NCBI RefSeq assembly: GCF_006345805.1
Contig: NW_021836675.1
Coordinates: 1 to 23,151, forward strand
DNA: 23,151 nt
Reading direction: 5' to 3'
From: Octopus sinensis
Taxonomy: Eukaryota
Both the position numbers and the translations under genes were made by a program. Positions 8,332 to 19,900 of this stretch are shown here, in pieces. Numbering within the stretch: the stretch's first letter is position 1; each line of letters starts with the position of its first letter. The notes below the pieces were generated by a model. It had not been told where the DNA came from and made no database searches. It saw only the letters and a list, made by a program, of their open reading frames with translations.

Positions 8332-8955
8332 ATGCAGCAAAGGCTGTCCGTACTGTCACAGCTGGGGATAGTTCAGCTGTCAGCCGAATCGATTATTAAG
8401 ATCGTTCCGCCGTCTTCTCTAACAGGAAAAGAGAAATTCTGCTTTCTAACCGTAATAGCTATAGCGAAAGAAGTGATATGGAAGATGCATGGATGAGGTA
8501 TCGCATCAGGCACCTTCGTCTCCGAGCATGCTTTGGTTAACCACTTTTTATATCACCTGAGAGAGAAAGCATGTCTGGAGAAGAAATGCCTGATGGCAAA
8601 AAAGTACGAAAGAAGATGGAAAAAAGTAGCCCGAATGCTGAGCATGTAAGCACCAAATTAAGCGGGTTTAAAAAAACGGACAAAACTAAACGATGCAACG
8701 CAGGAATGTGGTTGGTGGGGTCAAACCTATTCTGCGTCCATTCATTTTTGTTTCGTCTTCATCCGTAATAATAATATATTCATTTATATCATTCGATAAG
8801 TCCCCGACCCCATTTGTCCCTTGTATTATCCCCTCCTTGTTTAACCCTTGTGGTTCCAATGAAATCATCCTACTGACCTTATGTCAACTTCCATCCCCTC
8901 CGTTTAACATAAATCTTGTCAGTGTCGCTGCTTATGTGAAAGCAGCCACTGGTGG
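8332..8955 (+). mobile_element. Tx1/L1-clade LINE 3' end: C-terminus of ORF2 (one in-frame stop) plus 3' UTR with terminal stem-loop
   Basis: Frame 8332-8649 reads MQQRLSVLSQLGIVQLSAESIIKIVPPSSLTGKEKFCFLTVIAIAKEVIWKMHG*GIASGTFVSEHALVNHFLYHLREKACLEKKCLMAKKYERRWKKVARMLSM*. The AK..IW..R and terminal F..RW patterns are typical of Tx1/L1 ORF2 ends; here R reads H and F reads Y. Hairpin at 8920-8951. Confidence 0.75.
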
Positions 8956-9067
8956 TTAGTACGTTTCTAGTCTTGATACCAAAGTTGCGGATCCTTTAAG
9001 TGTCAGTCTAATATTTCGATGTATAACTGAGTGTATGTATGTAAATATGCATGAGAATGTGTGTTCG

Positions 9068-9080
9068 CCTGTCTGTCTGC

Positions 9081-9127
<47 letters not shown>

Positions 9128-9142
9128 CACCTACCTACCTAC

Positions 9143-9189
<47 letters not shown>

Positions 9190-9221
9190 CCTACCACCTA
9201 CCTACCTACCTACCTACCTAC

Positions 9222-9260
<39 letters not shown>

Positions 9261-9346
9261 CCTACCTCTCTACCTATCTACATGTCTTTCTGCTTGTCTC
9301 TCTTTCTGTCTCTTTGTCTGTGTCTGCCTATCTATCTGTCTGTCTG
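9068..9346. repeat. (TATC)n/(TACC)n/(TGTC)n compound microsatellite
   Basis: Direct reading. Confidence 0.95.
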
Positions 9347-9359
9347 CAATGCGATTGTT

Positions 9360-9510
9360 TCATTTTCCGTTTACCAAGTCCACTCACAAGGGTTTAGTCG
9401 CCCCCCCCCAAGGCTAGAGAAGATAACACTTGCTCAAAGTGCCACGTAGTGGGACGGAACCCGGAACCATGTGATTGAGAAGCAATCTTCCTACCGTACA
9501 ACCACGCCAC
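9360..9510 (-). mobile_element. SINE family C, 5' half
   Basis: TTTCCGTTTACCAAGTCCACTCACAAGG...ACACTTGCTCAAAGTGCCACGTAGTGGGACGGAACCCGGAACCATGTG is the reverse-complement homolog of 5268-5430. Confidence 0.8.
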
Positions 9511-9834
9511 ACCACCGCCTGTCACTAACCTTAGGGAGAAAATAATGACTGCAGTGTCTTGTATAGTCCTGTATACAATATATCTGAATAAATTACTAGA
9601 TTGTCACGGTTGGAACGCCTTTTATATAGTCTATCATTTAATCTAAATCGAAAGACAGGATTCAGGATAATTTCCAACAGCCCCAATACTGCTAAGAGAT
9701 AGGAAGAAAATTATTAGCAGACCAAAATCCCTGGCCTGTATGTACACAAAGGTCTAGGTCCCGTAAAAGGAAACCTAATCGCAGGGGTCAGTACTTACGA
9801 CCCAATATCAGAAACGGTTGTGCAAAGGGCTTGC

Positions 9835-9950
9835 GTGCACTCAAAAGGCTTCGCCCTATTCGAGATCACGCTAGAAGACACTTGCAAAATGTTCTGTACA
9901 ATGGGATCGAACTCAAGATCGATTGGTTACAAAGCAAATGTCTTTAGTAT
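9835..9950 (-). mobile_element. Highly diverged SINE (family C-like)
   Basis: CACTCAAAAGGCTT...TAGAAGACACTTGC...TGGGATCGAACTC, with box B GAGTTCGATCCC on the minus strand. Confidence 0.55.
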
Positions 9951-10266
9951 ACAACATTACTTTAGCTCACGTTTGATCATTGAACTGATCGATCAAAACT
10001 GACTGGTTTTAAGCAGCAACAACAAGAACAAACTCAACACAAATACAAAAAAACACACCGACAACGTATAGGAAGATAGATGACATAACGAATTAATATC
10101 ATTAAATTATAATGTTCTTGTGTGTATGTGTGTGTGTGGGAACTACAATGTGCTTGTGTGTGTGTGTGTGTGTGTGGGAAGAGAGATTTAAAAGTAAAAA
10201 TTCTCTGTGTTCAATGATGTAATGCAGTCGAATGCATAATCGATGGATGTGTGTATGTATGTATGA

Positions 10267-10299
<33 letters not shown>

Positions 10300-10464
10300 A
10301 AGATAAAATCTTAATTTTATGTGCAAAAGAAGAAGAAAAAAAATGTCTGTTATGATAATCAAAGTGTTAATTAGAACTATAGTGACTCATTGACAGGACA
10401 GCAGTTAATCGAGATGATCATAATTTCATCAATATACTTTTATATCTTCATCTTCATACAATAC

Positions 10465-10535
10465 ACCTACATATATGTGTGTATGCATGTGTGTGTGTGT
10501 GTGTGTGTGTGAGTGTGTCTGTTTACGTATATATT

Positions 10536-10580
<45 letters not shown>

Positions 10581-10625
10581 GCCTGCATATATATACATAT
10601 ACACACACACACATACATACATATA

Positions 10626-10665
<40 letters not shown>

Positions 10666-10732
10666 GGTTTATATGCATATATATATATATTTGCATATAC
10701 GCATGCGTTCATTTACGCACACAGACACACAC
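10465..10732. repeat. (GT)n/(TA)n/(CA)n compound microsatellite
   Basis: Direct reading. Confidence 0.9.
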
Positions 10733-10736
10733 CCAT

Positions 10737-11868
10737 TGTTACGACTTGGTGGCCATAACCCGAAATCACAGAATCAACGTGGATACGTTGAATTTAAACC
10801 AACACCACACCATGAAATTTTTGTAAAATACTATTAATAGTCAACATAAAAACAGCTTACATATAAACAAATATATATACAAACAAACAGCCAATGCTAC
10901 ACCCGACGTGCACTCAAAAGTTACAAGGGTAACATATATACACAATTCATAAGTTCAGGATATCCTGGTTTTTCAAAAATAGCATTCTAATAATTTTGGG
11001 TTTTATAAAATCCAGATTTCCAGTTTTGTAAACATTCGGTTTTCAAAACTCGGATTTCGAAACTTGACTTTATAAAATCTGTCGGTGTTCAGCCTTGAGT
11101 TTCGAACCTTGGAATGTCATACCTTGGACCTAAACATAATTAAATCTAATGTCAAAGCAACCATTTAAACTAAAAGTACATGACACAAAACGGCTGCCAG
11201 ACTACATCAATAATTATCGTTAAAAAATTAAATGGTCAAACAAAAAGCTAGTTTACTTTAAATTCACACAAAACTGCTTCATACAAGCATACTGTGTAAC
11301 CATTAGACGAAATTTACAGTTAGTTATCTAATACCAAAATTTGGCTACATGAAAAATTAATTCATACACCCGTTACCTACTTATGCAAATTTTAACATTT
11401 ATCTTAGCAGAAAATAGCTAGCAAAATTACTACACAACTTTCCACACATGCAGGGTTCAAAATTCATATTAATATTATAGCATAACATAACTTAAGAGAT
11501 TTTTCTTTTGTACTCACCCAGATGTAACACAGAAATTATCTTAAATTTTACAAAAGTTCTGGCGAATTCCTGGAGCTTAAACAATTCCACAAATGCCCAA
11601 CACAAAGCACAAAGAGCACGTACCAAACAGGCAAGCACAGCTTTCAGAATATAATAGAACAAAATTCCCACACAGAAAAATTGTCACAAAAAAACTAGAA
11701 GAGGGGTGTAAAATTATCTCTGTATATAAAGTTTGCCAATTTGTCATGGTTTCAATTTTGGCTAATAACTATAGCGTCCCCCATTTCGACAATGGACTTC
11801 GCCCTTACATTGCAGCATGAAAACTGTTTTCCCGTTTACTTCACATAATAATTAATAATTTCCTAACA
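10737..11868 (-). mobile_element. Probable solo LTR (Gypsy- or BEL-like), ~1132 bp
   Basis: Begins TGTTA (10737) and ends TAACA (11868), a 5-bp terminal inverted repeat with TG...CA ends. Sharp compositional block (A/C-rich on +) between microsatellites. The minus strand has a TATA-like TTTATATACA (~11721-11730) and a donor GG|GTGAGT (~11520). No coding capacity; no TSD beyond AT. Confidence 0.6.
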
Positions 11869-11887
11869 ATATATATATATATATATA

Positions 11888-11992
11888 ACTCGAAACGTTA
11901 AAGACTTTTTCACTTCCCGAATGGTATACTAATACATCTGTTTGTTGTCTACACCACCTGTCTTTTTTTTGTTTTTTTTTGTGAATTCTCCC
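11888..11992 (+). mobile_element. Short (TA)n-flanked repeat fragment, possibly the end of a Penelope-like element
   Basis: ACTCGAAACGTTAAAGAC...GAATTCTCCC embedded in (TA)n. It starts at a CGAAAC box like the 3' half of a hammerhead core. The family assignment is from recall. Confidence 0.4.
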
Positions 11993-12023
<31 letters not shown>

Positions 12024-12334
12024 TTGTGTGTGTGTGTGTATGTATGCGTGTATGTGTGGTGTCATGTGGTAGCATCCAGGAATATTGAGACAGTAATCTT
12101 CTGTGGACTTTCGTCCAAGTTATATCGATGTACATATCAATCAATAGTACCTGGGACTATTAATTAAAGATTTTTACAGGTAAATATTCATTTGGCAAAA
12201 TGAAAAATTATATGAAGTATTGTCTCAATACCGAAAACTGCGGCTTTGATTTCTTTGTATTCGTGGCTGAGAAAGAGTGACGAAAATAATTGCAAATGAA
12301 CAGCATCAATTGCCTCGCAGAAAGGATTTCATAT

Positions 12335-12466
12335 ATAAACATACACACCCGTACATATGCACGTATATACACGTATACAGTTACACCTGCATGTATATTG
12401 TACATTCATGCATACATGTACATGCATAGCCTTAAATGTACATGTATGTACGGAAGTATATATATG

Positions 12467-12534
<68 letters not shown>

Positions 12535-12562
12535 AGAATGTAAAATATATAAATATATATAT
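12335..12562. repeat. (TA)n and RY-alternating low-complexity tract
   Basis: Direct reading. Confidence 0.85.
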
Positions 12563-13069
12563 GAATAAAACGTGTTGTGCGTAAAGATTCACACGAGAAT
12601 TGAAACCGCGATGCAAGCACTGTTTTCGCCTGAGCCTGCTAACAATCTCTAGTAGAAGGAGTGCTCTTGCACTGAACATTAAAAAAGAAGTAAATAATGT
12701 AATCACTAAAAAAGAAAGTAAGGAAATGGTGATCGATCGTTGTAGAGAAAGGAAGCTTTGGGCATACTGGCACCAATTCACTTGAAGAGTCCCTTTTTCA
12801 CTCCGTGTCACTTAGCTTCATTTCGGTTCACTTCGCTTACATCACTAATCTCCATAGGAAAGACATCATTGTCCTTATTTCCCTCCTTCCTTCACTCTTC
12901 AAAAATACCAGGAATTTTTGCATAGTCGAAACGAAACTCATATAATCCTGAAATCCTAAAAAGTTCAACGTAATACTGTCAATCCTTTTTTCTGTTAGTA
13001 ATTCCTGTATTTACCATATTAAACTGGTCCACAATGAATTCTTTTCCTAGGTTACCAACTTAACTATGA

Positions 13070-13285
13070 ATCAGTGAGGGGAGCCTTTATATAATCGCAT
13101 GACCCTCTGGAAATAGCAGTAGAATCTCCCTACTTCAACTCATACCCTACCACTTAGAGAAAGAAATCAATCACTTCAGATACTGCGATCTGACGAACGC
13201 CTGAGCAAAAAAAGAAAGGGAGAGGTATGGCTGGAATGTCTTTGATCATAGATCTGTTATATCATGGTTGACGTGAGCTAAACAG
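13070..13285 (+). mobile_element. Interspersed repeat family D copy
   Basis: CTGGAAATAGCAGTAGAATCTCCC...CATACCCTACC...ATGGCTGGAATGTCTTTGATCATAGATCTG; similar to 4055-4263 (minus), 9520-9640 and the 20805-21412 units. Confidence 0.55.
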
Positions 13286-13688
13286 CGGTTAATTCAAACA
13301 GTTGAAAATGTTTACTTATTCTGCAAGAAAGAAATCTAATATTCTAAACACAGAGAGAATGTGAAAATGAAGGGCTTGGCACTAGATAACGAAATTATGA
13401 ATCAGTCAAAGTTTTGAGACCTTTATTCATTCTGCACTGAAAAAGTAGAGCTGATCAAAACGTTAGATCCCAGCCATCATCATATTGGTATATACCGTAT
13501 CCCACCGATGAAATATATTGTAATACGTTTTGGAATGATATTTCTCTCAGATCATAATATATCGTCTCGAAAGAAAAGGATGTAATTTTAGGTACACTAT
13601 TTCTGAAAAAAAATCTGATTGGTTTTGGTTTGAATATATATCAAAAGTCTGCTGGAGTAGGACTTGCCTGGGGCTCAACAGCTGCAAC

Positions 13689-14015
13689 ATTCCCAGACCG
13701 GGCGTTGTGTGTGTTTATTGAGTGAAAACACATAAAGCTCCACGAGTCCCCGACAGGGAGTGGGGTGGCGACCCCTGTTTTACTCTTTCGGCCCAACTCT
13801 CTCTCACACTTTCTTCCTGTTTCTTGTCCCCGACTTCCTACGCAACCGCTGAGCCTGGATGCGCATTCATCCATCCGTCGATGCTCTTGGTGTCGGGGGT
13901 TGACCTGCTTTTCTCTTCTGCGGGTTTTACGAATAGCACAGGACCACGTTTCGGACTTCTCCCAGCTTGCGAGCTCTGGGACGAAGACCGTTAGCTCAAC
14001 CTCAATCTCAACCTC
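13689..14015 (+). mobile_element. 5'-truncated SINE-like retroposon with (CTCAAC)n-type tail
   Basis: GC/CpG-rich island in an AT-rich background. It starts ATTCCCAGACCGGGCGTTGTG, like the end of box B in family B (GATTCCCGGCGACGCGTTGTG), and ends CTCAACCTCAATCTCAACCTC. Confidence 0.65.
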
Positions 14016-15049
14016 CGTAACAACAACAGAATCATCAACAGATATTAGAGTAAAATAGTAACGACCGTGCTGGAGCATTTAATGTTCTCTCACAAAGTAG
14101 CTGACACAATAACAGCCATTGTCAGGGATTAAACACCAACGTTACATCGGTTTTGATTCTGATAACTGAACGAGCAAGACATCGACTGTTAGTATGGTGA
14201 TTGATTGTTACTATGGCAATGAATGTTGCTTTAAAAATCAGCTCTTGTGGAAATAAAGTCTATCTTCTATTATTTAATTAAAGACTAAATTAAACAGATG
14301 AGTGGCTAAGATAAGGTGTTATTGCTGAAAATAATCTTCAATTTGAACTTGCGCTGGTCGATAACTGAAACTAAATTGTGTAAACCGGTGAGATATAGTT
14401 GCAGTGAGGATGTACGATTAGGCTAAGGGATTAGGTTAGTATGGGATTTGAAGGTGGGCTGACAATTTAGAGAGACGATAGCGGATATCATGTGGTTTGC
14501 CTCGCTTACACAACTGAAAACCTTTAAATAAATTTACCCACGGATTTCAGGCTTTTGAAAGTTCTGTTTCCACAGTTGGCCGATGTTGATAGGCTGACAA
14601 CAAACTCGCTTACTTAGTGTCACCGCTCAATGGAAAAGTGTATGTAAAAGAATAATTATATGTAACTAGTAATTATGCCTTATACGCTACAGTTTGTTAA
14701 GATTTTGAACACAGCTCACTCACTGTACCATCTTTTGAGGAAATCTTCAATAGGGTGAGATCGAGCGAATGTGATTGAAAAATTTGTAGACCAGAGGAGC
14801 AAGATATGGTGCATTGGCAGAAAACGTATACATTGGTACTGAACAGCAGTAAGCTATTTTTAAAACTAACCCCACCCGATAATCTCTGAGTGGCAGGAAG
14901 AGAAGAGACGTGTAGTGAGCCTAGTGGTTCTGAATGGAGATGGGATCAACGAGACTCAATGGGGTTAAAACACTATAGTAGTGAGGCTACGAGAAGAGAT
15001 AGCAGGTTTAAGGATCAGAGATTTGGGCGTGGCTGATGTTTTTGTTTTA

Positions 15050-15195
15050 CTCCAGTAAAAGAGACTGACAGAACAATTATGGGTTTTAAACATTTCTTGC
15101 AGTCGATTTATTCGATTAAAACCCTTTAAAGCGGTGCCCCAACATGTCCGCAGTCCAATGACTGAAACAGGTAAAAGAAATTCGAAGAAAGAATA
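15050..15195 (+). mobile_element. SINE family C, 3' module
   Basis: GTCGATTTATTCGATTAAAA...CATGTCCGCAGTCCAATGACTGAAACAGGTAAAAG matches 5785-5840. Confidence 0.7.
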
Positions 15196-15705
15196 GCAAG
15201 GAAACACGGATTAAAATAAGTATTAAAAACAATGATAACGTGAAAATTGCAACATGAAAGAATCGCAAAGTTCGGGTGACGGGGCAATCGCTTGGGTCAT
15301 TTCGAGGCTCGCCATACCAAAGCAAATTGAACAAAATGTTGTTGGATCCTACAACAAGTCACTAAATGCTTTTCATTGTTTGAAACGTCTACAGTTTCGT
15401 TGGGGTAAAATCCATTCAAGTAATTATGCGGCTGAAAGGTAAACTTTCGTTTATTTGCTTCCTCTTTCTGCAAGGAATGCATTCATAGAAAGAATAACAT
15501 CGGAAGTAAAGCATATCACATGTTCACTGACTGAACTAGGATTTATTTTTGTTGTTTTTTTTAAATTCAAGCTGACAAGGCAATGTAAAAAGAACAAAAT
15601 AACAGCAGTAAGAGTAACAATATCGTAGAGCAGTTGTTGTTGTTTTTGTTGAGCCCTCGGTGAGCTCCGATCAAACAAATTTAGGGGCAACTGTTCTCCA
15701 ATTTC

Positions 15706-15706
<1 letters not shown>

Positions 15707-15776
<70 letters not shown>

Positions 15777-15845
15777 CATTATTATTATTATTGAGTGAGA
15801 GAGCAGTGCATGTGACACTGGGGTAAAATATACGAAGCCCAATAT
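15707..15845 (-). mobile_element. Severely 5'-truncated copy of the 1188-1740 retroposon with a long (AAT)n tail
   Basis: (ATT)n at 15707-15792, then GAGTGAGAGAGCAGTGCATGTGACACTGGGGTAAAATATACGAAGCCC, the reverse complement of 1618-1674 with a 9-bp deletion. Confidence 0.85.
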
Positions 15846-16248
15846 GTTCAGACGCAATGACCCTAGGACAAAGTTACCGGATGGAGACTGTTTTTAAATT
15901 TTGAAAAACCGAATGAAATGGCGGAGTATAGGAAAAATAGGCAAAGTGGAGTCGGGAGTGGCTGTTATTTCATGCATTTCGTATGACCATGTTGACGTAC
16001 AAACCCCTTCGTTGGAAATAGTATCGTGAGAAACATGAAGTGAGAATGTATACCACTTTAGTTAAAGTATATCTACATGCCAACAACAGCAACCGCAACG
16101 TTAATAACAACATCAATAGCAAGAAAAAGGAAACAACAGAAAAAAACAATAGGAGAACCAACATACCGCAGATAATTAGAAATAATTACAAGGAAAAACG
16201 ATCCTGGCTGATATGAATGTCAGATATGTTGTTGCAATGGCGATACTG

Positions 16249-16410
<162 letters not shown>

Positions 16411-16774
16411 ACGTACATACACAAACACACTTTTGCTCTTTTATTAGTTTCAACCTTAAAGGCAACCGCCATGCTGGGACACTACAATAATCAGTTCCAT
16501 AGGCTTTAAATGCATTCGTTTATTCATATAATTTAAACTTTGCGCCAGAAATTCACCTCGCTTTACATATAAAGCAATTCAACCCTTCTTTACATTTTCA
16601 TTTCGAAGTTTTACCATTCATATTCCCTTTTACATTAGCCTCGGATATTTATCAATATTTCGTGGAATTTTATTCTAACAAAAGATGTTTCGATACCAGC
16701 ACACGAAGCTTCTAGACATGAATTTAGTTACTGGCATTCTTCTTGCAGAAATACAGCCCATGTCCAAGTAGTGT

Positions 16775-17177
16775 CTTCTCTTTTGCCTATTTCAGCCTTC
16801 GAGCTGCGTCCATGCTACAAGATAAGTGCTGCATCGAAGGGTTTTGACGGAACAAATTGGAACCAGCATTTATGTTTAATCCAGGAGATTATTTTAATGG
16901 TCTCTGTCATCGAACCGCTAAGCTACGGGTACGTAAATAAACCGTCGCCTATTGTCAAACAGGAGTGAGGGTCAAACATAATACACACACACACACAGGC
17001 ACGCGCAAACATGCACATACACACATAAGTATACATACGATCGGCTCCTTTCAGTTTCTCTCTTACAAACTCACTCACAAGCTTGTTATAACAAGAGACA
17101 CTTGCCCAAGGTGCCACGCAGTGGGACTGAAGCCAAGCCCACATGGTTGAGAAGAAAGCTTCTCGATCATACACCTA
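16775..17177 (-). mobile_element. SINE family C, diverged near-full-length copy with internal (CA)n
   Basis: 3' module at 16775-16980 (GCTGCGTCCATGCT...GAACCGCTAAGCTACGG...TTGTCAAAC) and 5' module at 17040-17177 (GACACTTGCCCAAGGTGCCACGCAGTGGGACTGAA). Confidence 0.75.
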
Positions 17178-17389
17178 TGAATATAATTTATTTCAGTAAT
17201 ACGTCTTGAATTACTTTTCGCTTCATTTCGTTTATATTACAGATATACAAATCTCATTTAGTGCCTTCGAGATCAATTTTGTCTTTAGACTTTGATTACA
17301 CTCAAACATAATATAACTAAGACATCAATACTAAAATGTAGAATCCTGTATGTATTTATTAGTTAAATAAGCTTGTTTCATCTCATTAC

Positions 17390-17522
17390 ATGCAGTTTTG
17401 CCATAACGTGGTTCTTCAGGCAATGTTTTATAAACTACAAGTCTAGATTTTTGTGAATTTGTTCAAAAGGTTAGAATAAAAGATAATGTATGAAGAACCA
17501 GGTTATAGTGAAACCACTTGCA
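17390..17522. repeat. Divergent inverted pair of degenerate hammerhead-like motifs (Penelope-type)
   Basis: Minus copy CTGAAGAACCACGTTATGGCAAAACTGCA (17419-17391) and plus copy TGAAGAACCAGGTTATAGTGAAACCACT (17491-17518). Confidence 0.45.
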
Positions 17523-17636
17523 GGAATATAAATAAAAAATATCCAACTTATATATATACTCGTGTATAAACCCACGTTTCAATACTCATTGTTATATATT
17601 TACACTGACGTACATGTACAAAACGATGATTAGATT

Positions 17637-17667
17637 CACACACACTCACACACACAAATACACACAT

Positions 17668-17698
<31 letters not shown>

Positions 17699-18020
17699 CA
17701 TACATTTATACATACATGCATATGTATAAGAATGAGAGATAATTAGAGAGGGGGGAGAGATTGAGAGAGACATATCTATCACCGTGTTTATATATATGCA
17801 CGTGCAATACAAAGATATATATATATATATATATATATATAGATGTTTATGATATATAAATATACACTTATATGTATACACACATACACGTACATACATA
17901 TATACACATACCTACCTACCTACCTACACATACATACATACATACATACATCCATACATACATAATACATACATAATACATACATACATACATACATACA
18001 TACATGCATACACACACATG
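17637..18020. repeat. (CA)n/(TA)n/(TACA)n compound microsatellite
   Basis: Direct reading. Confidence 0.9.
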
Positions 18021-18419
18021 TATAAGATCTTTTGACAGGAATCTTCAGCACTGACAGCTTCCGATTCCAGTTCATTTCAGAGAATTCTGTAGTTCTGCCG
18101 TCACAAAAGGGGTATCTGTCACCCACACCTACCCATCTTCTCGTCATATATTCCGCTCCACTCTATAAAACTCATCTACAAGTTCCGAACGATAAATTTT
18201 ATTGAAAGTCTTTCTTTGTCGTCTGCTATAGAGATGGCTTCATTTCTTCTTGCTCCGGTCATCGATTTCTGTTCCGTGTCACGTGGTCCTTTCACTCGTA
18301 ACTATTACGTATGATCAACGACAGGAATGAATGCCAGACACATACCCACATACTTATGAACCCATATACTTATATATATACACCCTCCTATATATAAACG
18401 CTCATTTACATACATATGC

Positions 18420-18423
18420 TCAT

Positions 18424-18466
<43 letters not shown>

Positions 18467-18504
18467 GATAGATTGATAGATATGCATCCTATACATGCAT
18501 ACAT

Positions 18505-18554
<50 letters not shown>

Positions 18555-18712
18555 CATGTATATAAAAAGATACTTATACCCATATACATGTTTGGTCTGT
18601 ACCTTTATATATATATAATTTATATATGTGTGTGTGTATGTGTGTGTATGTATGTGTGTGTATGTATGTATGTATGTATGTATGTATGTGTGTGTGTGTG
18701 TGTGTGTGTGTA
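18420..18712. repeat. (CA)n/(TA)n/(GT)n/(GTAT)n compound microsatellite
   Basis: Direct reading. Confidence 0.9.
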
Positions 18713-18903
18713 TGATTGCGTGTGTACTCGGAACGTAGAAATGAATTCATTCCGTATAAGAGAACATATCAAACGTTGTTGTTCAAACAGAAATGTTCAG
18801 AAAATAACCCCTTAAAGAGAACATGCACCTGTAACGACCGAATTGTCACTATTTCAACCTAGCTAGGCCTCATCAACCTTTTTATTATCTTGCAACGAAC
18901 ACG

Positions 18904-19025
18904 GGTGGTAAACGGCACAATCGGTAGATTATCGAGTAACTAACTTCTCAGCTGCATAACGTTCGGTTCTAAGTTCGTATCTAGCCGAGATTATTTCTGC
19001 CTGTGACCCCCCCGGCGTCGAAATC
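18904..19025 (+). mobile_element. Highly diverged SINE family A copy
   Basis: GGCACAATCGGTAG (box A-like) ... GTTCTAAGTTCGTATCTAGCCGAG (box B-like) ... CTGCCTGTGACCCCCCCGGCGTCGAAAT (core-like). Confidence 0.5.
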
Positions 19026-19233
19026 AATGCCTTTAAGCTCCTACCTTTTCCTACCTACAACATGTTGCATTGCATCGATCTTTTCAAAATCCATTTGGTA
19101 TCATGTTTTAACTACAATATCATCTGGCTCAAACACATTCATATTTCTCTATAGATACCTGAAAGCTCACCTGTACATTGATACATGCTTAATACATGCT
19201 AATATATATTTTAATGATTGATTAAAATAGATA

Positions 19234-19234
19234 A

Positions 19235-19270
<36 letters not shown>
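19234..19270. repeat. (AG)n microsatellite
   Basis: Direct reading. Confidence 0.95.
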
Positions 19271-19274
<4 letters not shown>

Positions 19275-19739
19275 AGACAGAGAGGAATGGGAAGAAGCAG
19301 AGGAATAAAGGGAAACAAGGTCGTGATTGAACTGTGATGAAATATATCTGTGTGGATTCAGAATGAGGCTATGCCTGATTGAGAGGAGAGTCATAAGCAT
19401 GGTCGAGGGATCATTTAAAGTACGTATACACATTTGGTACACTTTATAAGGTGTAAAAATACAGAAAGAGAGAGCGACAGAGGGAGAGGGAGAGATAGCA
19501 ACAAAAAAAGAGAAAGAGAGACATGTAGTCGATCGAAGCGTATGAGCGAACTTGTGATCGCTTTAGTCGATAAATTGACAGACAGATTGCTAGGGTGATA
19601 AATAGATAGACAGCTCGTTTGATTGATTAGCCGAGGATAAAGGCAAGCAAAACAGCAGCAGCATCAGTTGTAGTAGTGATAATGACGAAATATATTGATT
19701 TTGTTGGTAAAGAGTGATAGTCTGGATAGTTTCTACCTA

Positions 19740-19900
<161 letters not shown>

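Noticed and set aside
13641-14078. 145-aa minus-strand ORF and overlapping + ORFs in a GC-rich island
   Set aside because: They coincide with a SINE-like repeat and its tail; openness is explained by GC content, and there is no recognisable protein motif.
14575-14639. Exon-like segment (TTTCCACAG|...|GTATGT)
   Set aside because: Stop codons occur in all three frames; no support as a coding exon.
14710-14855. Peptide LTVPSFEEIFNRV..., faintly like the Gypsy RT 'P.IEEI' motif
   Set aside because: An in-frame stop follows and the downstream FSKLDL/GFWQ motif is absent; too weak.
18020-18340. Possible Penelope GIY-YIG tail (minus-strand RRNEAISI) plus a CTGAAGA box
   Set aside because: Only a few residues match, the following LN motif is absent, and no complete GAAAC box or stems follow; left unassigned.
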